DNA of 64,000 bases, from UHGV virus genome UHGV-2031204. The stretch is one strand, 5' to 3'. Below are positions 1-9,303 of the stretch, piece by piece (position 1 is the first letter of the stretch; each line of letters opens with the position of its first letter). The position numbers were made by a program, and so were the translations under genes. Under the pieces are notes generated by a model. The model did not search any database and had not been told where the DNA came from. It saw only the letters and a list, made by a program, of their open reading frames with translations. Source of the stretch: a virus.

Positions 1-2
1 CT

Positions 3-371
3 GGCTTTGTCTCCTACGCCTATGTACAACAGTTTCACGCGCTCGTTGCGGTGCAGTCTCATGACACGTATATGTCGCAGTCTTACCAAGAGATGAAACA
101 AGATCGAGATAAACTAAAAGAAGATAATGGGAAGTTATACGACAGACTCTTCGTTTGCCTCGGCCAGAAACCGCCATATGAAAGCACGTTTAATTCATCG
201 AAAGTGAGCGGTACAACGAAGGATCTGTCCTCGACAAAACCAGAAACTCCTGTTAATCCAGCTTCAACACCAGAACAACGTAAAGAGGCTTCGGCGAGAC
301 CTGTTGGTAATTTAAACGCGAACAGTTTTCGACAGGAGATCATAAAGACGCTATCGTCTTCTAAGGAGTGA
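3..371 (+). CDS. hypothetical protein, 5' end outside window
   Basis: Open frame runs off the left edge; stop TGA 369-371. Confidence 0.4.
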   Translation, partial: GFVSYAYVQQFHALVAVQSHDTYMSQSYQEMKQDRDKLKEDNGKLYDRLFVCLGQKPPYESTFNSSKVSGTTKDLSSTKPETPVNPASTPEQRKEASARPVGNLNANSFRQEIIKTLSSSKE

Positions 372-374
372 TTG

Positions 375-830
375 ATGAAAATGCTATTATTCATCATGGT
401 AGTGTTCGTGGGGTTGGTGAGTAATAGCTACGGTGACGAAGTTAAACGTCCAGCTTATAGACCACTGGAACTTCCTCCTGAACCGCCAATAATGGTGAAT
501 TGGAAAATTGACAAAAATGCAATGCGTGAGTATGTTGCAGATGTCAACACCTATGCTTATTACGTTTATGTCTACACTCGAAATTTAAACCAGCAAGCCG
601 TTAAACGTGGCTGGAGTCCACCGATGTTGGCTCCGCTTTGTGAACGCTATGAGTTACCGAAATTACACGTTGTGCCTGAGCGCATGTCTCTTGATGAGGG
701 TTCTTTAACAGCCCAAGAGATTAGCCGTGATTTATCGCGTAAACTCAATAATTTGTTATGGAATTACCGTTCCGACCGTCAGGCACTGCTCGATTCGTAT
801 AACCAATACTTGACATCGTGTTTGTACTGA
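375..830 (+). CDS. putative secreted/periplasmic protein
   Basis: N-terminal signal-like segment MKMLLFIMVVFVGLVSNSYG; AAGGAG 6 nt upstream of ATG 375; strong terminator follows. Confidence 0.5.
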   Translation: MKMLLFIMVVFVGLVSNSYGDEVKRPAYRPLELPPEPPIMVNWKIDKNAMREYVADVNTYAYYVYVYTRNLNQQAVKRGWSPPMLAPLCERYELPKLHVVPERMSLDEGSLTAQEISRDLSRKLNNLLWNYRSDRQALLDSYNQYLTSCLY

Positions 831-834
831 CACT

Positions 835-876
835 CCCTCCTGTACCCTTCGAGGTACAGGAGGGCCTTTCTTTTTA
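835..876 (+). terminator. rho-independent terminator
   Basis: 12-bp stem CCCTCCTGTACC/GGTACAGGAGGG, loop CTTCGA, then T-run. Confidence 0.7.
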
Positions 877-919
877 ACGTTTACGACTATTTTAATGTAG
901 ACTAACAGGAGAATTCAAC

Positions 920-1654
920 ATGACCTACCCAAAAATTATCACCCCGTACACACCGACGTTGGTTATTGGTGCCGATGCAGAAACCAAATCGTTACGCCCC
1001 GATGCTTATCTGTTGAGTGCAGGTTTAGTGGCTTTTGACGTTCCTACATTGAAAATGGTTGGTTCCTCATACATCCGTATCGACCCTAACGATCCTAAAG
1101 CAAAAGCTATTTTCCACGAAGACCCACAAACCGTTGGTTGGTGGGAAGGTAAAGGCGAGCCTGAATACGCACCATCTCGTGAAGCGTATGAAGAAGCCTG
1201 GGGTGGAACAACAGCATTGCCTGATGCTCTGTGGGCGATGCAAAAATGGCTCGGGGAGATTACCGCAAAACATGAGTTTGTTATTACCATGCGTGGTCCT
1301 GACTTCGATGCGCCGATTTTCATGAACGCTTTCGCACAGTGCGATATTCCGCCCGGGAAGTTCCGTAAATTTAGTGCGTTGGATAGCGATCGTACCGCAG
1401 AGCGTTTAGCCTTTGCGTTTGGTTTCGAACCTGACTTAACTGTAGAGCAAATTTACTGGACGCGCGGTAAGCCCGCGTTTGAGCACCACGCTATGTGGGA
1501 TGCAGCAAAAGAAGCCTACACTACGGCACGTATCTATCATCTCGCTTTGGTCACTCGCCAATACGGGTTTGAACGCGCCAAAGCCTGTCACGAAGAACTG
1601 AAAACTGGCGAGTATGTTGCGCCGCAGATTCGTGATCAATTAACCAGGGATTAA
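920..1654 (+). CDS. DnaQ-like 3'-5' exonuclease (DEDDh)
   Basis: Exo I GADAETKSL, Exo II GPDFDAPIF, Exo III HHAMWDAAKEAY. Confidence 0.6.
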   Translation: MTYPKIITPYTPTLVIGADAETKSLRPDAYLLSAGLVAFDVPTLKMVGSSYIRIDPNDPKAKAIFHEDPQTVGWWEGKGEPEYAPSREAYEEAWGGTTALPDALWAMQKWLGEITAKHEFVITMRGPDFDAPIFMNAFAQCDIPPGKFRKFSALDSDRTAERLAFAFGFEPDLTVEQIYWTRGKPAFEHHAMWDAAKEAYTTARIYHLALVTRQYGFERAKACHEELKTGEYVAPQIRDQLTRD

Positions 1655-1656
1655 GA

Positions 1657-3177
1657 ATGAAGAACGTTGATGTTGCAGTAATTTACACGGATGGTAGCCA
1701 TTTGACCTCCCCGCTCGGTACAGGAGCGGGGATTCATGGATACTTATTTAATCGTGAAACGATTGAGGATGGTCGGGTTTACCGCCATCCTTCTATTCCT
1801 GAGGGGATTACGACGTCAGGATACCGCCAGATAAACAAGGATGAAAAACTTCCACCTTTACCAGAAACCGTGGAATTTATCGACGGTGTTGTTCCTGTAC
1901 CAAAAATGTCACACTCTGATGTTGCAGAACTCGTGGCTTTCCTGACCGTCTTCGAACACGCCCCCTTCGTTGCTAAAAACTATGTTATCTATATCGACGC
2001 ATCTTACGTTGTCAACACGTATAACGATTGGATTGATGGTTGGGCAGCACGCGGCTGGCGTCGTGCGGACGGTACACCCATTGCGAATTTGGAATTAATC
2101 CAACGGATGTGGGAGGTTAAACAGCGGTTAAAGAAAGAAGGGAAAGGTGTTCGTGTCCTTAAAATTAAAGGTCACTCTGGACGTTATGGAAACGAGCGTG
2201 CTGACGAGTTAGCACGGAAAGGTTCAAGTATTTCGGCTCGAGGTGAGGGGCTAGACTATACACCGTATTGGTCAAAAGACGAGATGCCTGAGGAAGATCA
2301 GCAACCAGAAGTTGTTGGTGAAGGTCTCAATTTGTCCGCTTTTCCCGATATCTGTGTTACGAAGTTCTGTTACCCGATGGTGAACGAACCCCACCCCACC
2401 GTTACGGTTAACGGTAATAAACTTTATTACATGTTCGGTGGGAACCATGCAAAACAGAAGGACGATATTGTCTTCGTTGGTAAGTACATTCCAGACGCAC
2501 AATTCTGCGTAATGTTTACCAAAGAACCATGGGATAACGTATACGAGTTGGTAAATACCCACTCTGCGAAAGCGTGGGAAGGGGTGCCCCGTTTACGTCA
2601 ATTTGATCCCATCGCCGTTGTTTTTAACTTATTCGTAAAGCGTAAAAAGTTCGCAGAAGCCGCAGCTAATGGCATTCCTATCGATCGGATGCATTTTAGC
2701 GAAGACAAAAACCTGTGGATGTTTGAAGATCTTTCGATTACACGAATTCTTCGTCCTGCACTATTGTCTTATCGATGCATTACGATTCGTGATGAGCTTG
2801 CGGGTTGGTTACGCGATGCCATGGAGGGGAAAAACTCAGTAGTGATGAACGACATTACTGACATGCTTTACGATGAGAAAGGTAAGCCGAAGAAAGATTT
2901 TTATCGTAACGTAGATAAAGGTTTTGACGTAACCATCCAGATCCCTGGTAGCAAAAACAAGGTTAAAACTATCCTTACTCGAGGTATCGACATACCGACG
3001 CGTACGGAAATCAACCGTATGAAAGAACCAGAAGGGCGATTCTACGTGGCGGTACGGCGTCCAGAACGGCAGTATATCGAATATGCGTTGGTTTATATCG
3101 GGGAAAAATATCATGGGTTGTGGTGCGGCTATTATTCAAACAAACGAATACTGACGGATAAGGAGCTTGAATGCTGA
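1657..3177 (+). CDS. RNase H domain fused to ~300-aa C-terminal domain of unknown function
   Basis: Aligns by eye to E. coli RNase HI: YTDGS, AELVAFL, YIDAS, WIDGWAARGWRRADG, KGHSGRYGNERADELARKG. Confidence 0.75.
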   Translation: MKNVDVAVIYTDGSHLTSPLGTGAGIHGYLFNRETIEDGRVYRHPSIPEGITTSGYRQINKDEKLPPLPETVEFIDGVVPVPKMSHSDVAELVAFLTVFEHAPFVAKNYVIYIDASYVVNTYNDWIDGWAARGWRRADGTPIANLELIQRMWEVKQRLKKEGKGVRVLKIKGHSGRYGNERADELARKGSSISARGEGLDYTPYWSKDEMPEEDQQPEVVGEGLNLSAFPDICVTKFCYPMVNEPHPTVTVNGNKLYYMFGGNHAKQKDDIVFVGKYIPDAQFCVMFTKEPWDNVYELVNTHSAKAWEGVPRLRQFDPIAVVFNLFVKRKKFAEAAANGIPIDRMHFSEDKNLWMFEDLSITRILRPALLSYRCITIRDELAGWLRDAMEGKNSVVMNDITDMLYDEKGKPKKDFYRNVDKGFDVTIQIPGSKNKVKTILTRGIDIPTRTEINRMKEPEGRFYVAVRRPERQYIEYALVYIGEKYHGLWCGYYSNKRILTDKELEC

Positions 3178-3839
3178 TCGTTTATAGTGAGGTCTTGTCA
3201 AAAGCCCCTCGGTTTTTACAAACTCACTTTATGTATAACGCACGACACTATTGGGGCTTTAAAGCCCCTTACTCCGAAGATTGGGAAGTTGTGGAAAAGT
3301 TAGCATTTGTGTTTTCTCTTTCGTTGTTGTGGGAGATCATTGCACTATACAACGCAGGTTGTGATATCCCGGAGAACGGCTTTTTCCAACAACACCTATT
3401 CCAAAAATTCACAGCATCGGTAGAAAATCATGAAGTACGCAAGGAGTGTCTCGGCTACGCAGAGCATTCTGAAGAGTTGAAAAAGATTTCCAAATTAGTT
3501 ATCACGCGGGCATGGGCTGAATTCGAAACTTACCCCGAAAAAATAATTTGGTTTAATCGTGAACAGTTTATTAAAGAGGCAGCCAGTCAACATCCCGTTC
3601 GATTAATCGTGTTAAAGCCATCCGATCTTGCCTTACGCCACATCTATTCCTCTCCAGAGGAAATCGTTTTTTCCTCTGGAACAACAGATTACGGTATTTT
3701 TAAACAAGGCGATTCTTGGATTCTTCCACACGATTTAGACGGGTATTTGCTCAGCAGCGATCAAATACATTCGGGTTATGACTCACAGGTGAAGGAGTTT
3801 ACACTCGATCCTTTTTTCGCTAAAAATATTCTTAGATAG
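3171..3839 (+). CDS. hypothetical protein (start may be ATG 3231)
   Basis: Long ORF in the co-directional block. Confidence 0.45.
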   Translation: MLIVYSEVLSKAPRFLQTHFMYNARHYWGFKAPYSEDWEVVEKLAFVFSLSLLWEIIALYNAGCDIPENGFFQQHLFQKFTASVENHEVRKECLGYAEHSEELKKISKLVITRAWAEFETYPEKIIWFNREQFIKEAASQHPVRLIVLKPSDLALRHIYSSPEEIVFSSGTTDYGIFKQGDSWILPHDLDGYLLSSDQIHSGYDSQVKEFTLDPFFAKNILR

Positions 3840-3875
3840 ATATTATCCAGGTGTAACACCATTGGAGTTATTAAA

Positions 3876-4619
3876 ATGCTAAAAGTTTATGTCCCTCAAT
3901 TACAACGTATCAATCCCTCGTTGTTCGAGGGAATCTTTTATAAAATTTGGCCACAATACTTCAATGAACATTTGAAGGACCAGAAGTGGTCAACCGTACA
4001 AGGAGAATTCTTTTATACCGCACAGACGGCCTGCACAATCGTCTTTACTCGTCTCATCTCCGAAGTTATCGAGGCTGTCAATACCAACCGAAACTTTGAC
4101 CTTCGCGGCGTAGTCGAAATAGATCTCTCAGGGATCTTCGATAACTACGATTGTGATGACGCCGTATTCGAGCATTTCTCTTCTGAAGATGTCTGGGAAG
4201 CCGTTTATCAATGGCTAGAATACTACATGAATTTTCTATTCTCTCCAGAGATGTTAGAAAGTTTCAATAAAGCACTCTACCCCATTTATAACGACTTACT
4301 CAACGTTAAACAAACAAAGAACCTCGTTGGTTTCTGGTTTTCGATTTACGACGCCGAATGTACGTTGTGGGAAAAAGAAATGATTGCTTACGGGATAGAA
4401 CGGGGAGACTATGTTGAGCTTCATTGTGGTTTCTGGCCATTCAGTGACTACGAGAACGCACGGCTTGGTATCTCACGATTGTGGTCGTTTTACCTCTGTG
4501 AAGCTACGGGCGTTATTTACCTTGAAGACAGCGGAGCACAAATCCCTAATGGTGCTGTTGTAACTTACTGCCAGATTCGAGAAGATCGGGGTCGGGCAAT
4601 TTATCAGGAATATGCATAA
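3876..4619 (+). CDS. hypothetical protein
   Basis: Long ORF; stop overlaps next start (TAATG). Confidence 0.5.
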   Translation: MLKVYVPQLQRINPSLFEGIFYKIWPQYFNEHLKDQKWSTVQGEFFYTAQTACTIVFTRLISEVIEAVNTNRNFDLRGVVEIDLSGIFDNYDCDDAVFEHFSSEDVWEAVYQWLEYYMNFLFSPEMLESFNKALYPIYNDLLNVKQTKNLVGFWFSIYDAECTLWEKEMIAYGIERGDYVELHCGFWPFSDYENARLGISRLWSFYLCEATGVIYLEDSGAQIPNGAVVTYCQIREDRGRAIYQEYA

Positions 4620-5161
4620 TGAAAATACTTATCGATTTCTCACTCAGCGAGTCACGGGGTAAATTAAACAAACTGTTAAGTGAGATGCGTAGCCGCGTTG
4701 CGTTTGAACTGCACGACGCGATAGCAGTACATGAGAATAAGATTTCTGAAGAACACAGTGGGGCCGAAATTACTATCCTGGATTCAGAAGCGATGGTGAA
4801 TAATCTCATTGAACAGTTAGAACGAAAAATCCATTCAGCCATGACATACCCACATTTAGTGCGGGTAACTGATCCTGATACGGATATTCACCTGATTCTT
4901 GAGAAAGCCTTTCTACATGCCGCGCATTACTTACAGAATAATGCTCCAGATACCCTCGACGAAGTGTACGTCGCCATATTGCAGCGACAATCTTCAACGA
5001 CGGATATAATAGACACAACGTGTTGGAGCGATATTCTTACCAACGAAACAATGTCCCGTATCCGGGATATTTTCCTTGAGACACTCGGGTTAGTTGAGAA
5101 AATCTGCCATGCTGAGCTCATCTACCTGTCATCAAAATACGGTCAACCTAAAGGAGTATAA
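4619..5161 (+). CDS. hypothetical protein
   Basis: Long ORF, translationally coupled to the upstream gene. Confidence 0.5.
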   Translation: MKILIDFSLSESRGKLNKLLSEMRSRVAFELHDAIAVHENKISEEHSGAEITILDSEAMVNNLIEQLERKIHSAMTYPHLVRVTDPDTDIHLILEKAFLHAAHYLQNNAPDTLDEVYVAILQRQSSTTDIIDTTCWSDILTNETMSRIRDIFLETLGLVEKICHAELIYLSSKYGQPKGV

Positions 5162-5163
5162 TC

Positions 5164-5688
5164 GTGGATATTTTAATTCAGCTTCGTAAGAAAACAACCA
5201 TTGCCACACCGATAGCGTTAGAGGAGAAAATCTCCGGCGCAGTTGCACGCAAGCTCTGTGGTGCTCACGGCTTTAGCGACCATCAGGAGCGGGTCGTTAC
5301 TGTCGCCACATTACACAACTTACGACACACAGTTCATTACTGTTTAGTTGACAACGTCACCATCACTCTTGATGATAACGTAAATGTCGACCAACTGCGA
5401 CGCGAAATTGTCCACAAGATCGAGGCTTACAATAGACGTTTCGATCGGGCATGTACGCGTTTAACTGATGACGAGGTACTACGAAAACGTTTGAAGCTTG
5501 AAATTGAGTATGCAGCGCAACGTTACGGGATTGGCGGTACCGAACCGTGTCTGACTGAACAAGAAATCACGTTAGCAATCGAGGTTTATACCACTCTCTG
5601 CTGCGTCATCCTAAAAGAGACCAACCACGAAATTACAAAAGCGTTGTTAAACACCGCAGACAAACTCTCCCCAATTTTAGGACAGTAA
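5164..5688 (+). CDS. hypothetical protein (GTG start)
   Basis: AGGAG upstream of GTG 5164. Confidence 0.45.
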   Translation: MDILIQLRKKTTIATPIALEEKISGAVARKLCGAHGFSDHQERVVTVATLHNLRHTVHYCLVDNVTITLDDNVNVDQLRREIVHKIEAYNRRFDRACTRLTDDEVLRKRLKLEIEYAAQRYGIGGTEPCLTEQEITLAIEVYTTLCCVILKETNHEITKALLNTADKLSPILGQ

Positions 5689-5689
5689 A

Positions 5690-6178
5690 ATGAACTTAAA
5701 TCATAACTTCGATATTCGTGACACCGATTTCGTACATGAATTTCTCAATAACGGAACGCGTGTAAGAAAAGAAATTGAAGAAAAGTTGACTCCGTTAGTT
5801 GTAGACACTCCCTGGATGGCGGACTACGCCGCGTCCTACTTTTCTTCTCAGAGCTTATTTGGATACATATTTATCATACTTGACTTCTTCGATCCATCAA
5901 GCAAGCGCATAACAGAAACAGGCGTGCGGCAACGCCTACGCCATGGTCGCAACGAGTTCTTAAAGAAAGTTTCTGATGCGTACCACATGGGACGATTCCC
6001 TACCCCGCTAGTCCCTTATACAGAACCGGAATGGGAAAAATTTTATACCCGGATTTGGGTTGAAGACTCTCTCTTGAACGAAATCGTAGAAATCATCAAG
6101 CGTAACGAAAACCAACTTGCTCTGCAACTATGGGAGTGGCTAAAAGCTAACTATCCCGATTACGTCAAAATAGATTAA
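5690..6178 (+). CDS. hypothetical protein
   Basis: Long ORF followed by terminator. Confidence 0.5.
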   Translation: MNLNHNFDIRDTDFVHEFLNNGTRVRKEIEEKLTPLVVDTPWMADYAASYFSSQSLFGYIFIILDFFDPSSKRITETGVRQRLRHGRNEFLKKVSDAYHMGRFPTPLVPYTEPEWEKFYTRIWVEDSLLNEIVEIIKRNENQLALQLWEWLKANYPDYVKID

Positions 6179-6183
6179 TAGAC

Positions 6184-6215
6184 ACCCTAGCTTCGGCTAG
6201 GGTTACTTTATTTTT
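6184..6215 (+). terminator. rho-independent terminator
   Basis: ACCCTAGC/GCTAGGGT stem, TTCG loop, T-run. Confidence 0.65.
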
Positions 6216-6237
6216 AACCATTTTAGGAGAATAAACC

Positions 6238-7164
6238 ATGTATTTGTACAAAAGTAAAAAAGTAAAAGGTATTAAAGACTGCCTTAGACAAATGGGGTCT
6301 CAGCATCTTGAAAATGTCATGGAAGAAAACCGAATAAAGGAAAATCCTGTCTCGAAATGGATAAAAAAGAATCGTAAGCATTTAACTAATGCCTTTATAC
6401 CCTACGACGCTGAGTTAGGTCTTAAAGATCCCCGTTCCCTTCACGCTCAAACATTGGCAATTGGATGGCTATACGGTGGTGCTTCCTTAATATCCGATCG
6501 AGCACTTAGAGAACTTGTTTTCGAGACTGAGATGCCCAGTAAATTCCCTGAAGAATGGTTAGACTTTATACCAACTTGGACTGTAGCAATCGATGTAGGT
6601 AAAGAAGATGAGACTTTCTTTCTCGGTTATCGAAAAAATGGGAATAGAAGGTTTATTATAATTGCTACAAATACTGATTACGGGTTAACAGAAGGTGTTA
6701 CCACGATCGCCACCTGCTCGTTAGAGATATGTAGTGTTGGAAACGGGCTTGTTGAAATCGATTATACAACTGGCGTACGGACCGAACAAGAGAAGACGTT
6801 ATGGCTATCATTGGCCAAAACCGCCATATCGTTGATATTTCTCTGTACGCTAATCCCGCCCAATCTCAGAGGGTCTTTCAATGACATTAAGTTCAAAGAA
6901 ATCAAAAAGAATGGTAGCATAAGTCACGAAATCAAACCTCGTGAACGTGACGTTAAAATAGACATCACGCCAGGACAAGTGAAATATCTAAAGGGATTTA
7001 ACACCGACTTGAAAACCATGGAAGGTATCAAACACGCCAAGGCTGCACATATCCGTCGCGCACACTGGCGCAGATATTGGGTCGGTCCAAGAGATGGGGA
7101 AAGGAAGAGAAAACTTTACTGGATTCCGCCTACATTTGTCCGTGGCTACGTACCCCACAATTAA
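6238..7164 (+). CDS. hypothetical protein, paralogue A (C-terminal HIRRAHWRRYW motif)
   Basis: TAGGAG RBS; C-terminus AHIRRAHWRRYWVGP...W.PP; similar to the next gene. Confidence 0.55.
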   Translation: MYLYKSKKVKGIKDCLRQMGSQHLENVMEENRIKENPVSKWIKKNRKHLTNAFIPYDAELGLKDPRSLHAQTLAIGWLYGGASLISDRALRELVFETEMPSKFPEEWLDFIPTWTVAIDVGKEDETFFLGYRKNGNRRFIIIATNTDYGLTEGVTTIATCSLEICSVGNGLVEIDYTTGVRTEQEKTLWLSLAKTAISLIFLCTLIPPNLRGSFNDIKFKEIKKNGSISHEIKPRERDVKIDITPGQVKYLKGFNTDLKTMEGIKHAKAAHIRRAHWRRYWVGPRDGERKRKLYWIPPTFVRGYVPHN

Positions 7165-7189
7165 GCTAAAAGTGTTTAGGAGTATTAAA

Positions 7190-8089
7190 ATGACAACGAA
7201 TAATAGACTTTACGGGAAAGCGCTAAGACGCATGAGCGAACAAATAGAAAAGGCGTACCAAACAATTCACGGATTAGATCAGTGCCGTTTTATTCGGTTC
7301 ATTAACGAGCATAAACGTCAAATACCCGTAACGTTTATGCCAGTTAAAGATCCGACCTATCGTGAGTATGGCGTTACCGAACAGATTCCCAGACTGATTA
7401 AGCAGTCCCTGGGACTAGGATGGCAATACGCTGCTGTTGAAATCATCTCGGATGAAGAACTGATGGCACTCTTAGCAAAAACTGAGAGACTAAAAAATAT
7501 CCCGTACTTCTGGATAGAAACCATCCCTTCATTTACTTTCTCGGTTACCGTAAATCTCGACGAATGCCCAATCACGTTATTTATCGGAAGACGTCTTTAC
7601 GAAGGTGAAGAAGTTCTCTTTGTGATGTCATGCGAAGAACATGACGAGACGGTATACATGGAGTTTGAGATTTACACGATCGATAAAAGTAATGATGATT
7701 TCGTGGAGTTAAAGCCGCTCCTTACTTCGGTTAAGGAGAATCAACGACTACTCGACGCGGTCTACATCGGGCTATATCTTTCGTCACGAATTAAACGAAC
7801 TGAGCGCGAGAAGAAAGAATTTCGCGGAAGGTCCATTCGTTATGTTCCTGATACAGAGATTCGCCCACGTAGTGAAGCGGTCGTTTTAGACGTAAGTCCG
7901 GTACAATGGGAAGATATAGAACAACAACGCAAGGAAGGACACGAGGTTTGTTTGGCGATTTATTGCTCAGCACATATCCGTCGTGCTCATTGGAAGCGTG
8001 TATGGTGTGGTAAAATGTCAGAAATGCGTTGGCGCGAATGGCGATGGATAGCGCCGAGTTACATCTCTGGATTTTATCGTGGAAAATAA
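7190..8089 (+). CDS. hypothetical protein, paralogue B (C-terminal HIRRAHWKRVW motif)
   Basis: TAGGAG RBS before ATG 7190 (track ORF 7094 starts inside the upstream gene); C-terminus AHIRRAHWKRVWCG. Confidence 0.55.
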   Translation: MTTNNRLYGKALRRMSEQIEKAYQTIHGLDQCRFIRFINEHKRQIPVTFMPVKDPTYREYGVTEQIPRLIKQSLGLGWQYAAVEIISDEELMALLAKTERLKNIPYFWIETIPSFTFSVTVNLDECPITLFIGRRLYEGEEVLFVMSCEEHDETVYMEFEIYTIDKSNDDFVELKPLLTSVKENQRLLDAVYIGLYLSSRIKRTEREKKEFRGRSIRYVPDTEIRPRSEAVVLDVSPVQWEDIEQQRKEGHEVCLAIYCSAHIRRAHWKRVWCGKMSEMRWREWRWIAPSYISGFYRGK

Positions 8090-8097
8090 ATAGTTTA

Positions 8098-8121
8098 CCC
8101 CTAGACCGTGTGGTCTAGGGG
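8098..8121. terminator. stem-loop between convergent genes, likely bidirectional terminator
   Basis: CCCCTAGACC/GGTCTAGGGG stem, GTGT loop, T-rich downstream on plus. Confidence 0.6.
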
Positions 8122-8134
8122 TAACTTTACTTTT

Positions 8135-8890
8135 TTATTTTTTGTTTGCCTTAAGCGCTTTTAAGCGTTCGGCAGTAACGTTCAGGCATTCGATTAACTC
8201 GTTGACCTGTTTCATGAACAAACCGAACAGCTCCACCCAATCAGAAGCAAAATCCAACATCATCGTCAGTTCTTTTGCTACATTCGGATGAATGTTTTGT
8301 TCGGACAAGATTTCTGACGTAGTACGAATAGACTCGATTGACTTGTCGATGTTCGTCCGTAGACGTTTTGTGATTTCAACGTTCAGTGCCTTAGCACGAT
8401 TGAACGCAACATCAATTTCAGACGCACTGTGATACGTCTTCTCAATTGGACGCTGGTCAATAACGTTGTTGGTGTACGATTTCGCTAATAAGTTAACCAG
8501 GTCTTTCGGGTTAACATTACGTAACGGTAAATTAACATTTTTGTAACGGAAACCAATCGGTAATGACAGTACCCCCACATCATGTGTAAGGGCCGAAAGT
8601 TGTTTATCGACCGGCAGCAGAATACCCGTATAGATGTTTTGCAGTGAACTCCATACAGATTCTAAGCGGTTCAAGTGATCCATCACGTAGGTATTAAACC
8701 CAGGTGGAACGATAACCAACATTCCCGCAAAGTGTAGGAATTTTTCTTGTTGCATCCACTTGGAAACGTCCGACATCTCGTCATAAGTGGTTAATGCAAT
8801 CTCTTGTTGAGGGCCACTGAACCCTTTCGGTAAGATTGCAGACGCTTTAGCGGCGAAGCTAGATAACGCTGCAAGTGGATTTACATTCAT
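8135..8890 (-). CDS. hypothetical protein (single minus-strand gene inside plus block)
   Basis: 251-aa ORF flanked by terminator and a divergent intergenic region. Confidence 0.5.
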   Translation of the reverse strand: MNVNPLAALSSFAAKASAILPKGFSGPQQEIALTTYDEMSDVSKWMQQEKFLHFAGMLVIVPPGFNTYVMDHLNRLESVWSSLQNIYTGILLPVDKQLSALTHDVGVLSLPIGFRYKNVNLPLRNVNPKDLVNLLAKSYTNNVIDQRPIEKTYHSASEIDVAFNRAKALNVEITKRLRTNIDKSIESIRTTSEILSEQNIHPNVAKELTMMLDFASDWVELFGLFMKQVNELIECLNVTAERLKALKANKK

Positions 8891-8988
8891 TCTAAAACCT
8901 CGGATTATAAGTCAGGGTTACATAGTAAAGTCTTTTTACAGTTCACCCAAACCTTATGACCGAGACAATTCCATAAAGGTAAAGCTCG

Positions 8989-9288
8989 ATGAAAATCAAA
9001 TTACTGACTCGAAACACCACACCGCGTTTAGAACCGGAAATTTATCTGACCCCAGTTAAAAAAGGTCAGAACGGTAAACCTATTCAAGTTGGAAAAGTCT
9101 TGAGCGTAACGTCGTGCCCGAGCGGTAAACGTGTTATGGAACTGGAAATTGACGAGCGTAACAAACGCCGTTTCGAGTCTATTGAAAACCCTTATCCTGA
9201 AAATGCGGAAGAAGTTACTGAGTGGGTAGAGACCTACTTTGAATTCTGGCACAACCGCCGTCTCCTTCTTCCGACCAAGAATCGTTAA
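8989..9288 (+). CDS. hypothetical protein
   Basis: 99-aa ORF at head of a plus-strand operon. Confidence 0.45.
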   Translation: MKIKLLTRNTTPRLEPEIYLTPVKKGQNGKPIQVGKVLSVTSCPSGKRVMELEIDERNKRRFESIENPYPENAEEVTEWVETYFEFWHNRRLLLPTKNR

Positions 9289-9303
9289 TTATCGGAGCGC
9301 TAA

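Noticed and set aside
7094-7189. Upstream extension of the second paralogue overlapping the first by about 70 nt
   Set aside because: An internal ATG at 7190 has a TAGGAG RBS and yields a protein collinear with its paralogue; the extension is probably not translated.
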